Of a stretch of 64,000 nt of DNA, positions 19,617-29,004 are shown piece after piece. This DNA comes from an uncultured Acidobacteriota bacterium. Lineage in GTDB: Bacteria > Acidobacteriota > UBA6911. The translations under genes were made by a program, and so were the position numbers. The stretch lies in assembly GCA_963809485.1 (NCBI GenBank), contig CAWEJX010000001.1, forward strand, positions 224,001 to 288,000, in the 5' to 3' direction. Within the stretch, counting starts at the first letter, position 1, and every line of letters starts with the position of its first letter. The notes beneath the pieces were generated by a model that saw only the letters and a program-made list of their open reading frames with translations, had not been told where the DNA came from and did no database searches.

Positions 19617-20333
19617 CTATTCAAAAATCCGGTTCAGGGCCTGGTAGTCGGCGTGCATCACGGAAATGGCGTTTTCGACCGTTTTCCTGTCATCGCTCCG
19701 GACAACCGATTCCAGCGCATCAACCGACCGGGAAAGCTTTGCCCTGGCGGCTTCAAATTCTGCTTCTTTCTGCCTCAGGCGCTCGGGCAAACTGCTTTGG
19801 TTCAAGGCGGCCATTTTCTGCTTCAGTTCGGCAGCGGAAGCCCGGATTTTTTCAATATCATAGTCCGGCAGGTAATAGTGAAACAGCATGTACAGAACGG
19901 CGTGGAATTCGTCGAGTTCCTTCAGCGCCGGTCGGGTAATGCGCATAAGCGCTTCGAACTGGCTGTGAAGCCGTTCGGCCGAAGCCAGCAGTGCGGTGTC
20001 ATCCCGGGCGCCCGCAGCCCCCTTGTATTCGGACCCGACAGCCTGCAGCTTCCTTACGCCTTCTTCCCAGGCGGCCTTCTTCTCTCTCAGGATGCCCGGC
20101 AGCTGTGCAGAAGCCACATCGGAAATTCCTTTTTCAACCTCAGGCAGCAACTGCCGCAGCAGCGCAACATTTTTTTCCGGCCAGGCTTCGTGCCAGATTT
20201 TGTATATAACCTCGTGAAAGGAATCCAGCGCGGGAACCCTTGCGGTTGCATCAGCGGGTCGCTGTGCGTACGCGAAAGTGAAGGCAATGCACAGCGTGAA
20301 CAAAGATATCAAACAGCGTCTTCTTGCCAACAT
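19617..20333 (-). CDS. Exported alpha-helical hypothetical protein with an internal duplication
   Basis: SD AGGAGG; signal peptide ending AYA; repeated LDSFHEVIYKIWH / LDEFHAVLYMLFH. Confidence 0.8.
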   Translation of the reverse strand: MLARRRCLISLFTLCIAFTFAYAQRPADATARVPALDSFHEVIYKIWHEAWPEKNVALLRQLLPEVEKGISDVASAQLPGILREKKAAWEEGVRKLQAVGSEYKGAAGARDDTALLASAERLHSQFEALMRITRPALKELDEFHAVLYMLFHYYLPDYDIEKIRASAAELKQKMAALNQSSLPERLRQKEAEFEAARAKLSRSVDALESVVRSDDRKTVENAISVMHADYQALNRIFE

Positions 20334-20379
20334 CCTGGTTCCTCCTGGAACGGTTTTTTTGCAAACTCCCTGGTTAAAT

Positions 20380-21228
20380 TTATTTGTCAGCCAGTTTGTT
20401 AGGCATCCGGCCGAATTCATAATAGCGGTGCTGAACGTCTGAACCCGTAACCGCCACTGCGCGAATTCCTGAGCCCTCTTCGCCAAACGGCATGGCGATC
20501 GGTCCTGTCGCGACAGCTTCCAGCTCCCGGTATTTTCCAGCTGAATTCTGGTGGACATGCCCGGCAAAGACGTACCGCACTCCATAGCTGTACAGCAGCT
20601 CCAGCATGGACTGCCGGCGGTCCAGGGGAATGTTCCCCCATTGGGCCGGCTCCTGGGAGTCCTTGAGAAAATAGGGATGGTGCTGAAAAACCATTATGTG
20701 CAGAGCGCCCGATGCCTTGGCGGTTTGCAGTTCCTTCTTGAGCCAGGAATCCTGCTGCTCAGATTCAGCCATTGCGTTCTTCGGCTCGATGATGAGGTTC
20801 GAGTTCAGAACGATACCGTATACGGGGCCGGCGCGAAAAGAATAATAATCCCGGCCGATATTTTTGCGATAGGCCGCCAGTGTTTCCGGATTGGGGGCGG
20901 GACCCACGTCATGGTTGCCGGCAACATAATAGATGGGTATGAAGGGGTCGATAGTGCGCGATATCCGCAGAAACTCATGCATCTGTTCCATGTCGCCCGC
21001 CTTGTTGACAAGATCTCCAAGCACGACGACAAATTCAGGCTTCAGCCGGTTGATCGTCGCAACGGCAAATTCGTAACTGGCAGCTTCCTGGGCAAAGTTT
21101 TTGTCAGCCGCATGCATGCCGAGCTGAGTATCGGCAATGACTAGAAAATGATACGGCTGTGCCTGCCCGAAACCGGACAGCACCCGAACGATTATGAATC
21201 CAAGGAACAAGGCGGTTCTGTACACCAT
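20380..21228 (-). CDS. Calcineurin-like metallophosphoesterase (CPPED1-like), exported
   Basis: ADTQLG, LGDLVN, AGNHD, FQHHP, AGHVH. Confidence 0.9.
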   Translation of the reverse strand: MVYRTALFLGFIIVRVLSGFGQAQPYHFLVIADTQLGMHAADKNFAQEAASYEFAVATINRLKPEFVVVLGDLVNKAGDMEQMHEFLRISRTIDPFIPIYYVAGNHDVGPAPNPETLAAYRKNIGRDYYSFRAGPVYGIVLNSNLIIEPKNAMAESEQQDSWLKKELQTAKASGALHIMVFQHHPYFLKDSQEPAQWGNIPLDRRQSMLELLYSYGVRYVFAGHVHQNSAGKYRELEAVATGPIAMPFGEEGSGIRAVAVTGSDVQHRYYEFGRMPNKLADK

Positions 21229-21323
21229 AGCTCTCCCCCATTGTCAGAGGCCATGAATGCATCGTTCAGATACACCAATCCCCCCGCAAAGAAAACCAAA
21301 AATTTTCAGGAATTCAACGCGGC

Positions 21324-21677
21324 TCAATAGGCTTTTTTAGCAAGCAGGTTAAACCGCTCTTCTACAATCCTGTTAGCCTGCTCACGGTCCTTTACGGATT
21401 CCAGAGTTTGAGCCAGTTTATCGTCGCCCACAACATCCCTGATCCAATTGGTGAAATCTTTTTTTACGTCATTGGAATGATAGGCAAAGGTCTGGTCCGA
21501 CATCGCGCCCAGGGCTTCACTGAGTTCTCTTATATCCCTGAACAGTTTGCCGTCGTTGCACCAGAAGGCATTTGCTTCGGGCACAGGAGCCAGGAACTTT
21601 AGAGCCTGGCTCTTGGTGATACGGGATGTGCGGGACGCAGAGGCGTTCTGGGATTTTGGTTTTATTTTATTGGCCAT
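21324..21677 (-). CDS. DUF5752-like small protein
   Basis: AFWCNDG...ELSEALGAMSDQTFAYH...DFTNWIRDVVGDDKLA. Confidence 0.7.
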   Translation of the reverse strand: MANKIKPKSQNASASRTSRITKSQALKFLAPVPEANAFWCNDGKLFRDIRELSEALGAMSDQTFAYHSNDVKKDFTNWIRDVVGDDKLAQTLESVKDREQANRIVEERFNLLAKKAY

Positions 21678-22021
21678 GGCGAAGCTGCACTCCTATGAAT
21701 ACCATGTCACAACCTGGCGCTTTACATCCATATTTTTCCTGAAATTCTTCCGGAAGACAAGTTCGGGATGCAAAGCATTCAGATGCGGGCTTTTACAAAG
21801 ACCGTACTCTGCTCATTGCCTGCCGGAAACCGAAACTCGAGAAAAGGATTCGTCTTAAAGCCCACAACTCGGACCCACATTTCCCCTGATAAAATATCCG
21901 ATTCTTCACGGTCAAATCAGGGTATAATAGAACCATTAATGTAACATTAGGGCGTTGTGCCTGCCTTCCCCTCAGCATTTCGCTCCAAATAAGTTATAGA
22001 ATCCTATAGGGAGCCAAGTAT

Positions 22022-22871
22022 ATGAAGATATCTATCCATATTGTTTTGCTAATAATGTGCATTGCCGCCATTCCGGCCTGGGCGTGGGCTCAGGATTCCG
22101 GAATAATCATTTATGGACAGAGCAAGGGCAACAGCGACCAGTGTTCGCTATTGCCGGGGCATGGAACACTGAAGTCGGCTTTGGAGGAAGCAGTGCGGGC
22201 AGAGGAGACGGGGCTCAATCTTCACATGTGGGCAACCGTCGTGGACCGCAATGGGGTGGTCTGCGCTGTGGCCTTCTCCGGAACGGACCGTCAATCGCAG
22301 TGGCCCGGGAGCCGGGTGATTTCGGCACAAAAAGCCAACACAGCCAATGCGTTCAGCCTCGACTACTCTTCGAGCAGCAGCAATTCAGGCTCAACCAGCG
22401 GCCTGGCACTGTCGACGGCAAATCTTTACTCTGCCGTACAGCCCGGCGGCAGCCTGTATGGACTCCAGGAGAGCAACCCGGTGGATGTAAGCGTAGCTTA
22501 CAAGGGTCCTTCGGCCAGTTACGGGAAGTTTGACGATCCCATGGTCGGCAGCAAGATCGGCGGCATCAATGTGTTCGGGGGAGGGCTTGGCCTTTATACC
22601 ACGGGCGGGAGGCTCGTAGGAGGAGTGGGTGTAAGCGGAGACACATCCTGCGCGGACCATAGAATCGCATGGCGAGTCCGCAACATTCTCAAACTTGATA
22701 AACTCGCCGGCACAGGCGGCGTCTCCGGGGATCCGGCCCGTCCCGACAACATCGTGTTCGATATCATTCCGAATCCCAACGGCGGCACAGGCATAAGCAC
22801 AAGCGGCTTTGGCCATCCTCACTGTACCGCAAACGACGGTGATCCGTCGGAGCCTTCCCGCGGTCCGGTGA
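22022..22871 (+). CDS. GlcG/HbpS-family heme-binding protein, exported; probable 1-nt frameshift near 22850 (ORF as given runs on to 23263)
   Basis: MWATVVDRNG, SRVISAQKANTANAFS, NVFGGGLGLY, GGVGVSGDTSCAD. The +1 frame gives ...DPS-SLPAVR* with TGA at 22869-22871. Confidence 0.75.
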
Positions 22872-23164
22872 AGCCGGATTTCCAGTTTCGGTGGCGGGCG
22901 GCTCAGCCTGCATTTGGAATTCCGGTGCAGCCTCCGTTCCGGTGCTTAGCCTGGATTTCTCGCAGGATTTGGGGCGGCGTATACTTGGGCATTTCCATCC
23001 GGGCTGCAGGTTTCATCCCGAATCCATGCCCCGAATCCGATGACCATGATACCGGCCTGTACCACCTCATCCCGGGATGCGGCGAGAAAAGCGGTCCGGA
23101 TGTCTGGCCCGCCGCGCTCATGTATTTTTATAAGGACTCGAGCAAAATCCTGAGGGTTTTGAAG

Positions 23165-24502
23165 TTAACGCTCGTAAAAAAGGAGGGTGCCGGGCGGTAT
23201 GGTTTTCGGATCGACATCGTCGCCGCTCAGGATCGTGCCGTCGGGCCGGCGATAATAGGTTGAAGGATAGTTCCACTTCTCTCCGGCGATTCTCGATGGA
23301 TGGCGCCTGGTTTTGAGATGACCGCCGTAGACGTAACCGACAAGCACCCGCGTCCCCTTTGGAGGCTTGTCGAGCAACTCTCGCCAGGACCGGCGTCTTT
23401 TCAATTCAGCGCCTGTCCTGATTAGACCGTCGGGAAAAAAGTAAATCGTTGTGGGGCTTGCGCTTGCAGCGCCTGCAACTTCCCTTGCGGTATCCCCGTC
23501 TTTCCCGATCTCCAAAAAGCCTTCGAAAGGCTGGACGTCGTCCATTTCGCCTAAAAGCACGCGGGTTCCCGTGGGTATCCTCGTCCAGTCCGTGATTTGA
23601 TTCCCTGCCAAACGATTGCCGTCGGGAAAGACATACACTGTCGACGGGTGGTCGTACCTCTCCCGCGCAATCTGCCAGGCAGTGTTTTGGTTGTCAATAC
23701 GCGAGGATTCAGCAGGGGCCTCGATGGGAGCCGCGGGAGTTGCGCCTTTCCCTTTTTCGGCGGCCAGAACCGGTTTGGGCTGTTTTTGAAAGAGGAACCT
23801 GAACAGTTCTCTGTCTCCGACTTTTAACCGGCCCGCATCGACATCCGGGTCCCGCGCGGGACTGGATTTTAGGCCGAGGCGCGCGCGAACATCCGGTCTA
23901 GCAAAAATCATGCCGCAGCGCTTTCGTCCGCGATGGTTGTCGTCCTGAAAACGGTTGGGCCGGCCATAGGCGACCATCGAATGGGTGAGGACGTGGTCGT
24001 CCGCAATGCCATAAATGCTTTTCATCTGATGCAGCAACTCGCGGAGAGAGGCATATTGAGCATCCTTTATGTCCCGGTTGTGATACCCCACGACCTCTAT
24101 GCCGATCGAGTAATTGTCGATGACATTATGTCCTTCCCACATGCTCCGGCCCGCGTGTTTGGCTATCTTCGTTTTGTCGATCACGCGGTACACGGTGCCT
24201 GACGGGCACACGACATAGTGTGCCAACCCATAGCGGACAACCCTGTTCAGCGATCCCTCTTCCTCGCCTTCAGTGGTGTGCAGAATGATATAACTGCCAT
24301 GGCGGCGCCAGGGACGCTTGGCGTTGAGAGGACTATAGCGGTTTTTGAACGCAATCAGGTCGGCCCTTGCAGCAACGGGAAATATCGCTGGTCCGGAGAC
24401 CGCCAGGATGGCGGCGGCCGTCTTTATAAAATTTCTCCGCGTAAAATGCGAACTGTCCGGTATTTCCGTTTGAATCACAGGAATCTCAAATCCTACATGC
24501 AT
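23165..24502 (-). CDS. N-acetylmuramoyl-L-alanine amidase (Amidase_2) with Tat signal and three C-terminal repeats
   Basis: TRRNFIK; IILHTTE, AHYVV, AKHAG, SIGIEVVG, VLTHS. Confidence 0.88.
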   Translation of the reverse strand: MHVGFEIPVIQTEIPDSSHFTRRNFIKTAAAILAVSGPAIFPVAARADLIAFKNRYSPLNAKRPWRRHGSYIILHTTEGEEEGSLNRVVRYGLAHYVVCPSGTVYRVIDKTKIAKHAGRSMWEGHNVIDNYSIGIEVVGYHNRDIKDAQYASLRELLHQMKSIYGIADDHVLTHSMVAYGRPNRFQDDNHRGRKRCGMIFARPDVRARLGLKSSPARDPDVDAGRLKVGDRELFRFLFQKQPKPVLAAEKGKGATPAAPIEAPAESSRIDNQNTAWQIARERYDHPSTVYVFPDGNRLAGNQITDWTRIPTGTRVLLGEMDDVQPFEGFLEIGKDGDTAREVAGAASASPTTIYFFPDGLIRTGAELKRRRSWRELLDKPPKGTRVLVGYVYGGHLKTRRHPSRIAGEKWNYPSTYYRRPDGTILSGDDVDPKTIPPGTLLFYER

Positions 24503-24633
24503 TCGAACATACTTCGCACATCCCGAGCATCAAATTGTGCTAGTGAATGTTGCCAGTTATTTCCCGCGGACTCAATTTAAAACCAACCTGAAGAAGAAAA
24601 AATCATGCGCACGGCCGAGCCTGGACCCGCTTT

Positions 24634-24886
24634 TTAGAAACCCTTGGGACGGACCCAGAAACTGGCTGTCCATTTGCCGTTTCCGGGCACCCTCTGCAAT
24701 CCGGGATACTTGCCCGCATGGTTCAGATTGATTGCATTGGTAATGCCGGCCATGGGTTCGATGCAGATGAAAGCTCCGGTCTGTCCCGGGGGAGGAGCCG
24801 GCTGCCAGATTACGGCTACCGGGTACGCCGGCCGCAACAATCAGCAGCAGCAGTGATCCTACCCAGAAAACAGCCGAATTTTTCAT
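24634..24886 (-). pseudogene. Internally deleted aldose 1-epimerase family gene
   Basis: Signal peptide MKNSAVFWVGSLLLLIVAA is joined out of frame to YPVAVIWQP...FICIEPMAGITNAINL...LQRVPGNGKWTASFWVRPKGF*. Confidence 0.65.
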
Positions 24887-24976
24887 GCCTCATTATAACT
24901 CAATCCCTATTCGCAGGAATCGGATGAATTTCACAGGAATGTTGGCCCGTCTCGCAGATTCTGATACATTTCCCGC

Positions 24977-26389
24977 ATGAAGATAGCCGGGATAAGAAAG
25001 ATACACCTGATTGGAATATGCGGAACGGGGATGGCTTCCCTTGCAGCGATGCTCAAGGAAAGCGGCTATGAAGTCAGCGGCTCGGATGAGGGGGTTTACC
25101 CTCCGATGAGCGAGTTTCTGGCCCGAAGGCAGATAGAGGTCGCTCAGGGCTATGATGCCCGGAATTTGCAGCCGCAACCCGACCTCGTTATCGTGGGCAA
25201 TGCGCTGTCGCGCGGGAATCCTGAAATTGAGCATGTTCTGAACATGAGGCTGCCGTTTCTTTCCTATCCGGAAACGCTGAAAAACTTTTTCCTGCGGGAA
25301 AAAGTCCCTGTGGTCGTGACAGGCACGCACGGGAAAACAACCACAACTTCAATGATCGCCTGGGGGCTTCATTTTGCCGGGCTGCAGCCGGATTTTTTTA
25401 TCGGCGGAATCGCCGAGAATTTCCAATCGAGTTACGGCCTGGAAGGCGGCAAGGCTTTTGTCGTGGAAGGCGACGAATACGACTCGGCGTTTTTCGACAA
25501 GGGACCCAAATTCCTGCACTACCTTCCCTTCCTTGCCGTTATCGGAAACGTCGAATTCGACCACGCGGATATCTATGCGGACCTCGAATCAATCAAACTC
25601 CAGTTCCGGCGCTTCGTGAACCTTATCCCCCGGCATGGCTTCCTCGCCGTGGGTGCAGACAGCCCGGAGGCCCTGGAAGTCAGCCGGAACAGCCTTTGCC
25701 GGAAGGAGACTTTCGGATTGAACGGGGAAACCGACTGGGGAGTGCGAGCCGTTGAAATGCAGGGGGAGCGTCTTTGTTTCGACGTCCTGTACGGGAAAAA
25801 GCTCTTCCGGCGCATGCGCCTCCGAATTTATGGTGACTACAGCATTCGCAACGCCCTCGCCGCTACCGCGATCCTTCATCATATGGAAGTCCCTGAGGAT
25901 GACATCCGGGAAGCCCTGGAGTCCTTTCAAGGCGTCCGGCGCCGGCTGCAACTAAGAGCCGAGGTCCGGGGCATTCGAATCTATGAAGATTTCGCCCACC
26001 ATCCCACGGCTGTTCGCGAGACGCTGCAAGCTGTAAGAAACGCCTTCCGCCCGGAACGCGTCTGGGCCATCTATGAGCCCCGTTCGGCAACAAGCCGGCG
26101 GAATGTCTTCCAGCATGAGATTGCCGAAGCCCTCGGAATGGCCGACTGCATCGCTCTGCCCGCGCTTTTCAAGCCGGAGAAGGTGCCGGAGGCCGAGCGG
26201 CTCGATGAAAACCGGCTGATCGAGGATCTGCGCCGCATGGGACGCTCTGCCTGGAACCTTGAAACGGTGGAAGGTATAATTCAAAAGGTTTGCGAAGAAG
26301 CTCGGGCGGGTGATCTGATCGTGATCCTGTCAAACGGTGGTTTCGGAGGCATCTACGAAAAGCTTCCGGCCGCGCTCGAAAAACGTTGA
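24977..26389 (+). CDS. mpl: Murein peptide ligase Mpl
   Basis: IHLIGICGTGMASLA, VYPPMS, VTGTHGKTTT, EGDEYDSAFFDK, DHADIY, DFAHHPTA, EPRSATSR, SNGGFGG. Confidence 0.93.
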   Translation: MKIAGIRKIHLIGICGTGMASLAAMLKESGYEVSGSDEGVYPPMSEFLARRQIEVAQGYDARNLQPQPDLVIVGNALSRGNPEIEHVLNMRLPFLSYPETLKNFFLREKVPVVVTGTHGKTTTTSMIAWGLHFAGLQPDFFIGGIAENFQSSYGLEGGKAFVVEGDEYDSAFFDKGPKFLHYLPFLAVIGNVEFDHADIYADLESIKLQFRRFVNLIPRHGFLAVGADSPEALEVSRNSLCRKETFGLNGETDWGVRAVEMQGERLCFDVLYGKKLFRRMRLRIYGDYSIRNALAATAILHHMEVPEDDIREALESFQGVRRRLQLRAEVRGIRIYEDFAHHPTAVRETLQAVRNAFRPERVWAIYEPRSATSRRNVFQHEIAEALGMADCIALPALFKPEKVPEAERLDENRLIEDLRRMGRSAWNLETVEGIIQKVCEEARAGDLIVILSNGGFGGIYEKLPAALEKR

Positions 26390-27459
26390 AGCGTTGCAGG
26401 AACAGCCTGCAAAACAGAAAGACAGCAGCATCAATGGCAAATCAAAAGCCTTGCGGGCGCCCCTTGATTTTTTGCTTGGCCGCTTTCGCGGCCGCCATGC
26501 TCTGGAGCCAGGAGCCTCAGCCTGCCGACAGCTCGAATCAAGGCCAGGAAGCCTACAAGATCGGCGTGGAAGTGAACATGGTTCCCGTGCCAGTCACGGT
26601 TCGCAGGCCTGAAGGAGGCTTCATCAAGGGGCTTCCCAAAAATGCGTTTTATGTGTATGAGGATGGAGAACCGCAGGAAACCGTCTTTTTTGCCCAGGAA
26701 GGATTGCCTACCCGCATCGCCATTGTGCTGGACGCCAGCGGCAGCGTTCGCACGGAGTGGGGCACCATCAAGTATGCGACGAAAAAATTTGTGGAGCATC
26801 TCAAACCGGACGATGAATTTGCGCTGATCAGTTTCAATACCGAGATCCGGCTGAAAATGGACTGGGGACGTAAGACCGATCGGGTGGATCCGGTTATGAC
26901 CTCGATTTACTGCAAAGGCAACACGAAGCTGTGGGATGCCATCTGGGTAGTCTGCAACGATGTTTTCAAGGGAATATCGGACAAGAAGGCCATGATCATC
27001 ATGAGCGATGGGCTCGACAATGAAAGCGACGTCTCTTATGCCGAGGCGCTGCAGGCGGCAGTCCGGTCCGAAGCGGCTTTATATATCGTGAGCAAAACCG
27101 AGGCCATCCGCCAGCTTTTCATGTATGAGGCTTCCAGGCAGGGCGCCTATGCCAGCATTCCTCATGAGGCTTTCGTGCAGGCGGATCTTGCGCTTCGCAA
27201 GCTGGCCCATGAAACAGGCGGGCGGGTCCTGTATCCGAACAATTTCGGCCAGCTGGACAATATCTATGCCGAGGTCGATGAAGAACTGCGGAATCAGTAT
27301 ACGCTCGGCTACATTTCCACAAATACCGCCAAGGACGGTTCCTACCGGCGTATCGATGTGAGGGTCGACACAAAAGGATCTGCGGCCGTCACCACCTCGC
27401 GACCCGGATATTATGCGCCCGGCAATCCCTCCCCCTCGCCTGCCTCGAGAAACCGGTAA
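26386..27459 (+). CDS. VWA domain protein (Acidobacterial VWFA-related type)
   Basis: VNMVPVPVTV...GLPKNAFYVYEDG; MIDAS DASGS; TKLWDA; SDGLD; ETGGR; LRNQYTLGY. Alternative start at 26434. Confidence 0.88.
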   Translation: MKRCRNSLQNRKTAASMANQKPCGRPLIFCLAAFAAAMLWSQEPQPADSSNQGQEAYKIGVEVNMVPVPVTVRRPEGGFIKGLPKNAFYVYEDGEPQETVFFAQEGLPTRIAIVLDASGSVRTEWGTIKYATKKFVEHLKPDDEFALISFNTEIRLKMDWGRKTDRVDPVMTSIYCKGNTKLWDAIWVVCNDVFKGISDKKAMIIMSDGLDNESDVSYAEALQAAVRSEAALYIVSKTEAIRQLFMYEASRQGAYASIPHEAFVQADLALRKLAHETGGRVLYPNNFGQLDNIYAEVDEELRNQYTLGYISTNTAKDGSYRRIDVRVDTKGSAAVTTSRPGYYAPGNPSPSPASRNR

Positions 27460-27652
27460 CGCGCGGCAAGCCAGTCAATAAACTGCCGGGACGAGACCGG
27501 ACTCGCGTCCGGCTATCCTTTCAGAGGCGCAGGGAAGGCCCTTTCCGGTAAAGCCGGGGATATGCCTATGCATCAAACGAACCCCAAGGCCTGACATTTT
27601 CGACGGCTCAGGAAGCCCGATGCGAAGCGTATGCAAAAAGCCCAAAAACTGC

Positions 27653-27743
27653 TTGACAGGAAGCGGACGCCCGACATAGTTTCATAGGCGCCCAGCGGTA
27701 CCCTCGAATTCAAATACATCCACATCTATTTGAATTGGAGGGT
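27653..27743 (+). promoter_or_regulatory. Sigma70-like promoter plus an SD-sequestering leader hairpin
   Basis: TTGACA at 27653, CATAGT at 27675. Hairpin ACCCTC-G-AATTCAAATA...TATTTGAATT-G-GAGGGT at 27700-27743. Confidence 0.5.
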
Positions 27744-27748
27744 TCCAG

Positions 27749-28405
27749 GTGCGCACTCCCGCTTACCTCAATCTCGAATACAGTCCATACCTCATCTCCG
27801 AAAGCTCCCCTCTGAAGGAATACAAATCCAGGGCAGGCCGAATTGAGTGGACGGATGAGGAGATCGAAGCAATTCGCGTCGCCCTGCAAAGGCTCACGTC
27901 TCTCCGGGTCATGAATGCGACGGACGCCGAGGATCTCGTGCAGGACACGTTACTCACCGTGGTTGCCAAGTGCCCGGGAATCGAATTGGAAAAAGGCCGT
28001 CTGGTATGGAGTCTGGGCATACTTCGCAAAAAAGTGGGCAACTACTATCGCAAGGCCCAAAGGTGCACATGGCAGCAGGAATGGGAGGAACATGCCCGGG
28101 AGGATCTCAGGCAGTCGGAACTCGCGCATACGCCCGAAAAGAAGATCGTCCATGAGGAACTCCAGGGTATCGTTGAAAGGATTCTAGGGCAACTGCCGGG
28201 GACACAACGCAGGGCGATGGAACTCCTGATCGCGGGCCTCGATGCCGGAGAAATTGCGAGGCAGCTTCATCCCGAGCGGTACCAGAATGTCATCAATCAC
28301 CTCTACCGCGGACGCAGAAAATTCGCGATGGAGCTGGCGAAATACGGCTACGGCCCAAACGCAAAGCCAGGGATAATCAAGAGGTTTCGGAAACAGAGAC
28401 CTTGA
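27749..28405 (+). CDS. ECF-type RNA polymerase sigma factor
   Basis: DAEDLVQDTLL...WSLGILRKKVGNYYRK; region 4 LPGTQRRAMEL...EIARQL...HLYRGR. Confidence 0.8.
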   Translation: MRTPAYLNLEYSPYLISESSPLKEYKSRAGRIEWTDEEIEAIRVALQRLTSLRVMNATDAEDLVQDTLLTVVAKCPGIELEKGRLVWSLGILRKKVGNYYRKAQRCTWQQEWEEHAREDLRQSELAHTPEKKIVHEELQGIVERILGQLPGTQRRAMELLIAGLDAGEIARQLHPERYQNVINHLYRGRRKFAMELAKYGYGPNAKPGIIKRFRKQRP

Positions 28406-28534
28406 GCATCAGCAAAGGCGAATTTGCAGGTCCGGGTTATCCCCAAGCCTTTCAAAAACCGTAAGAACACATGGGGCCGCTCTGGCGCGGACAGCCCTAT
28501 TTCACAAAATCCCTATTCGGAGTAGAATTTTTTC

Positions 28535-28834
28535 ATGCACATTCTCTTCGAACGCACCGGAGGTTTTGCCGGGCGAAAGCTTCAGGGTTCGCTGGACTCT
28601 TCACAGCTCCCTTTGCCCCAGGCGAGGCAACTCAAGACACTGCTGAAGCAATCCGGCTTTTTTGACTTGCCGGCCGCGCTGAAATCCGGCGTAGAGGGCG
28701 CCGACCGCTTCAATTACCGGGTCACCATACGGACGGAAGATCGCAGCCATACGGTGGAAGCAAGCGACGCCGCCATTCCCGGCAAGATGCGTCCTCTGCT
28801 GGAATTTCTTACACGTACGCTTCTTGAAAGATGA
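28535..28834 (+). CDS. Emfourin (protealysin/M4 peptidase inhibitor) family protein
   Basis: ILFERTGGFAG, FFDLP, GADRFNYRVTI...HTV...MRPLLEFL. Confidence 0.85.
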   Translation: MHILFERTGGFAGRKLQGSLDSSQLPLPQARQLKTLLKQSGFFDLPAALKSGVEGADRFNYRVTIRTEDRSHTVEASDAAIPGKMRPLLEFLTRTLLER

Positions 28835-29004
28835 ATGCAGCTGCGATCGGCAGCATGGCCTGGCGACTCAAGGATTTTGGCAGTCCAAATTAGGCAGCGC
28901 CAGCACAAGCTGAAAGCAACGCTGTCCCCTGATGGGAGGAGCAGGGCGCCAAAGCCTGTGATGCGGGTCCATCGCCGGCAACTCGGAAAGATCCGGGCTA
29001 AGAC

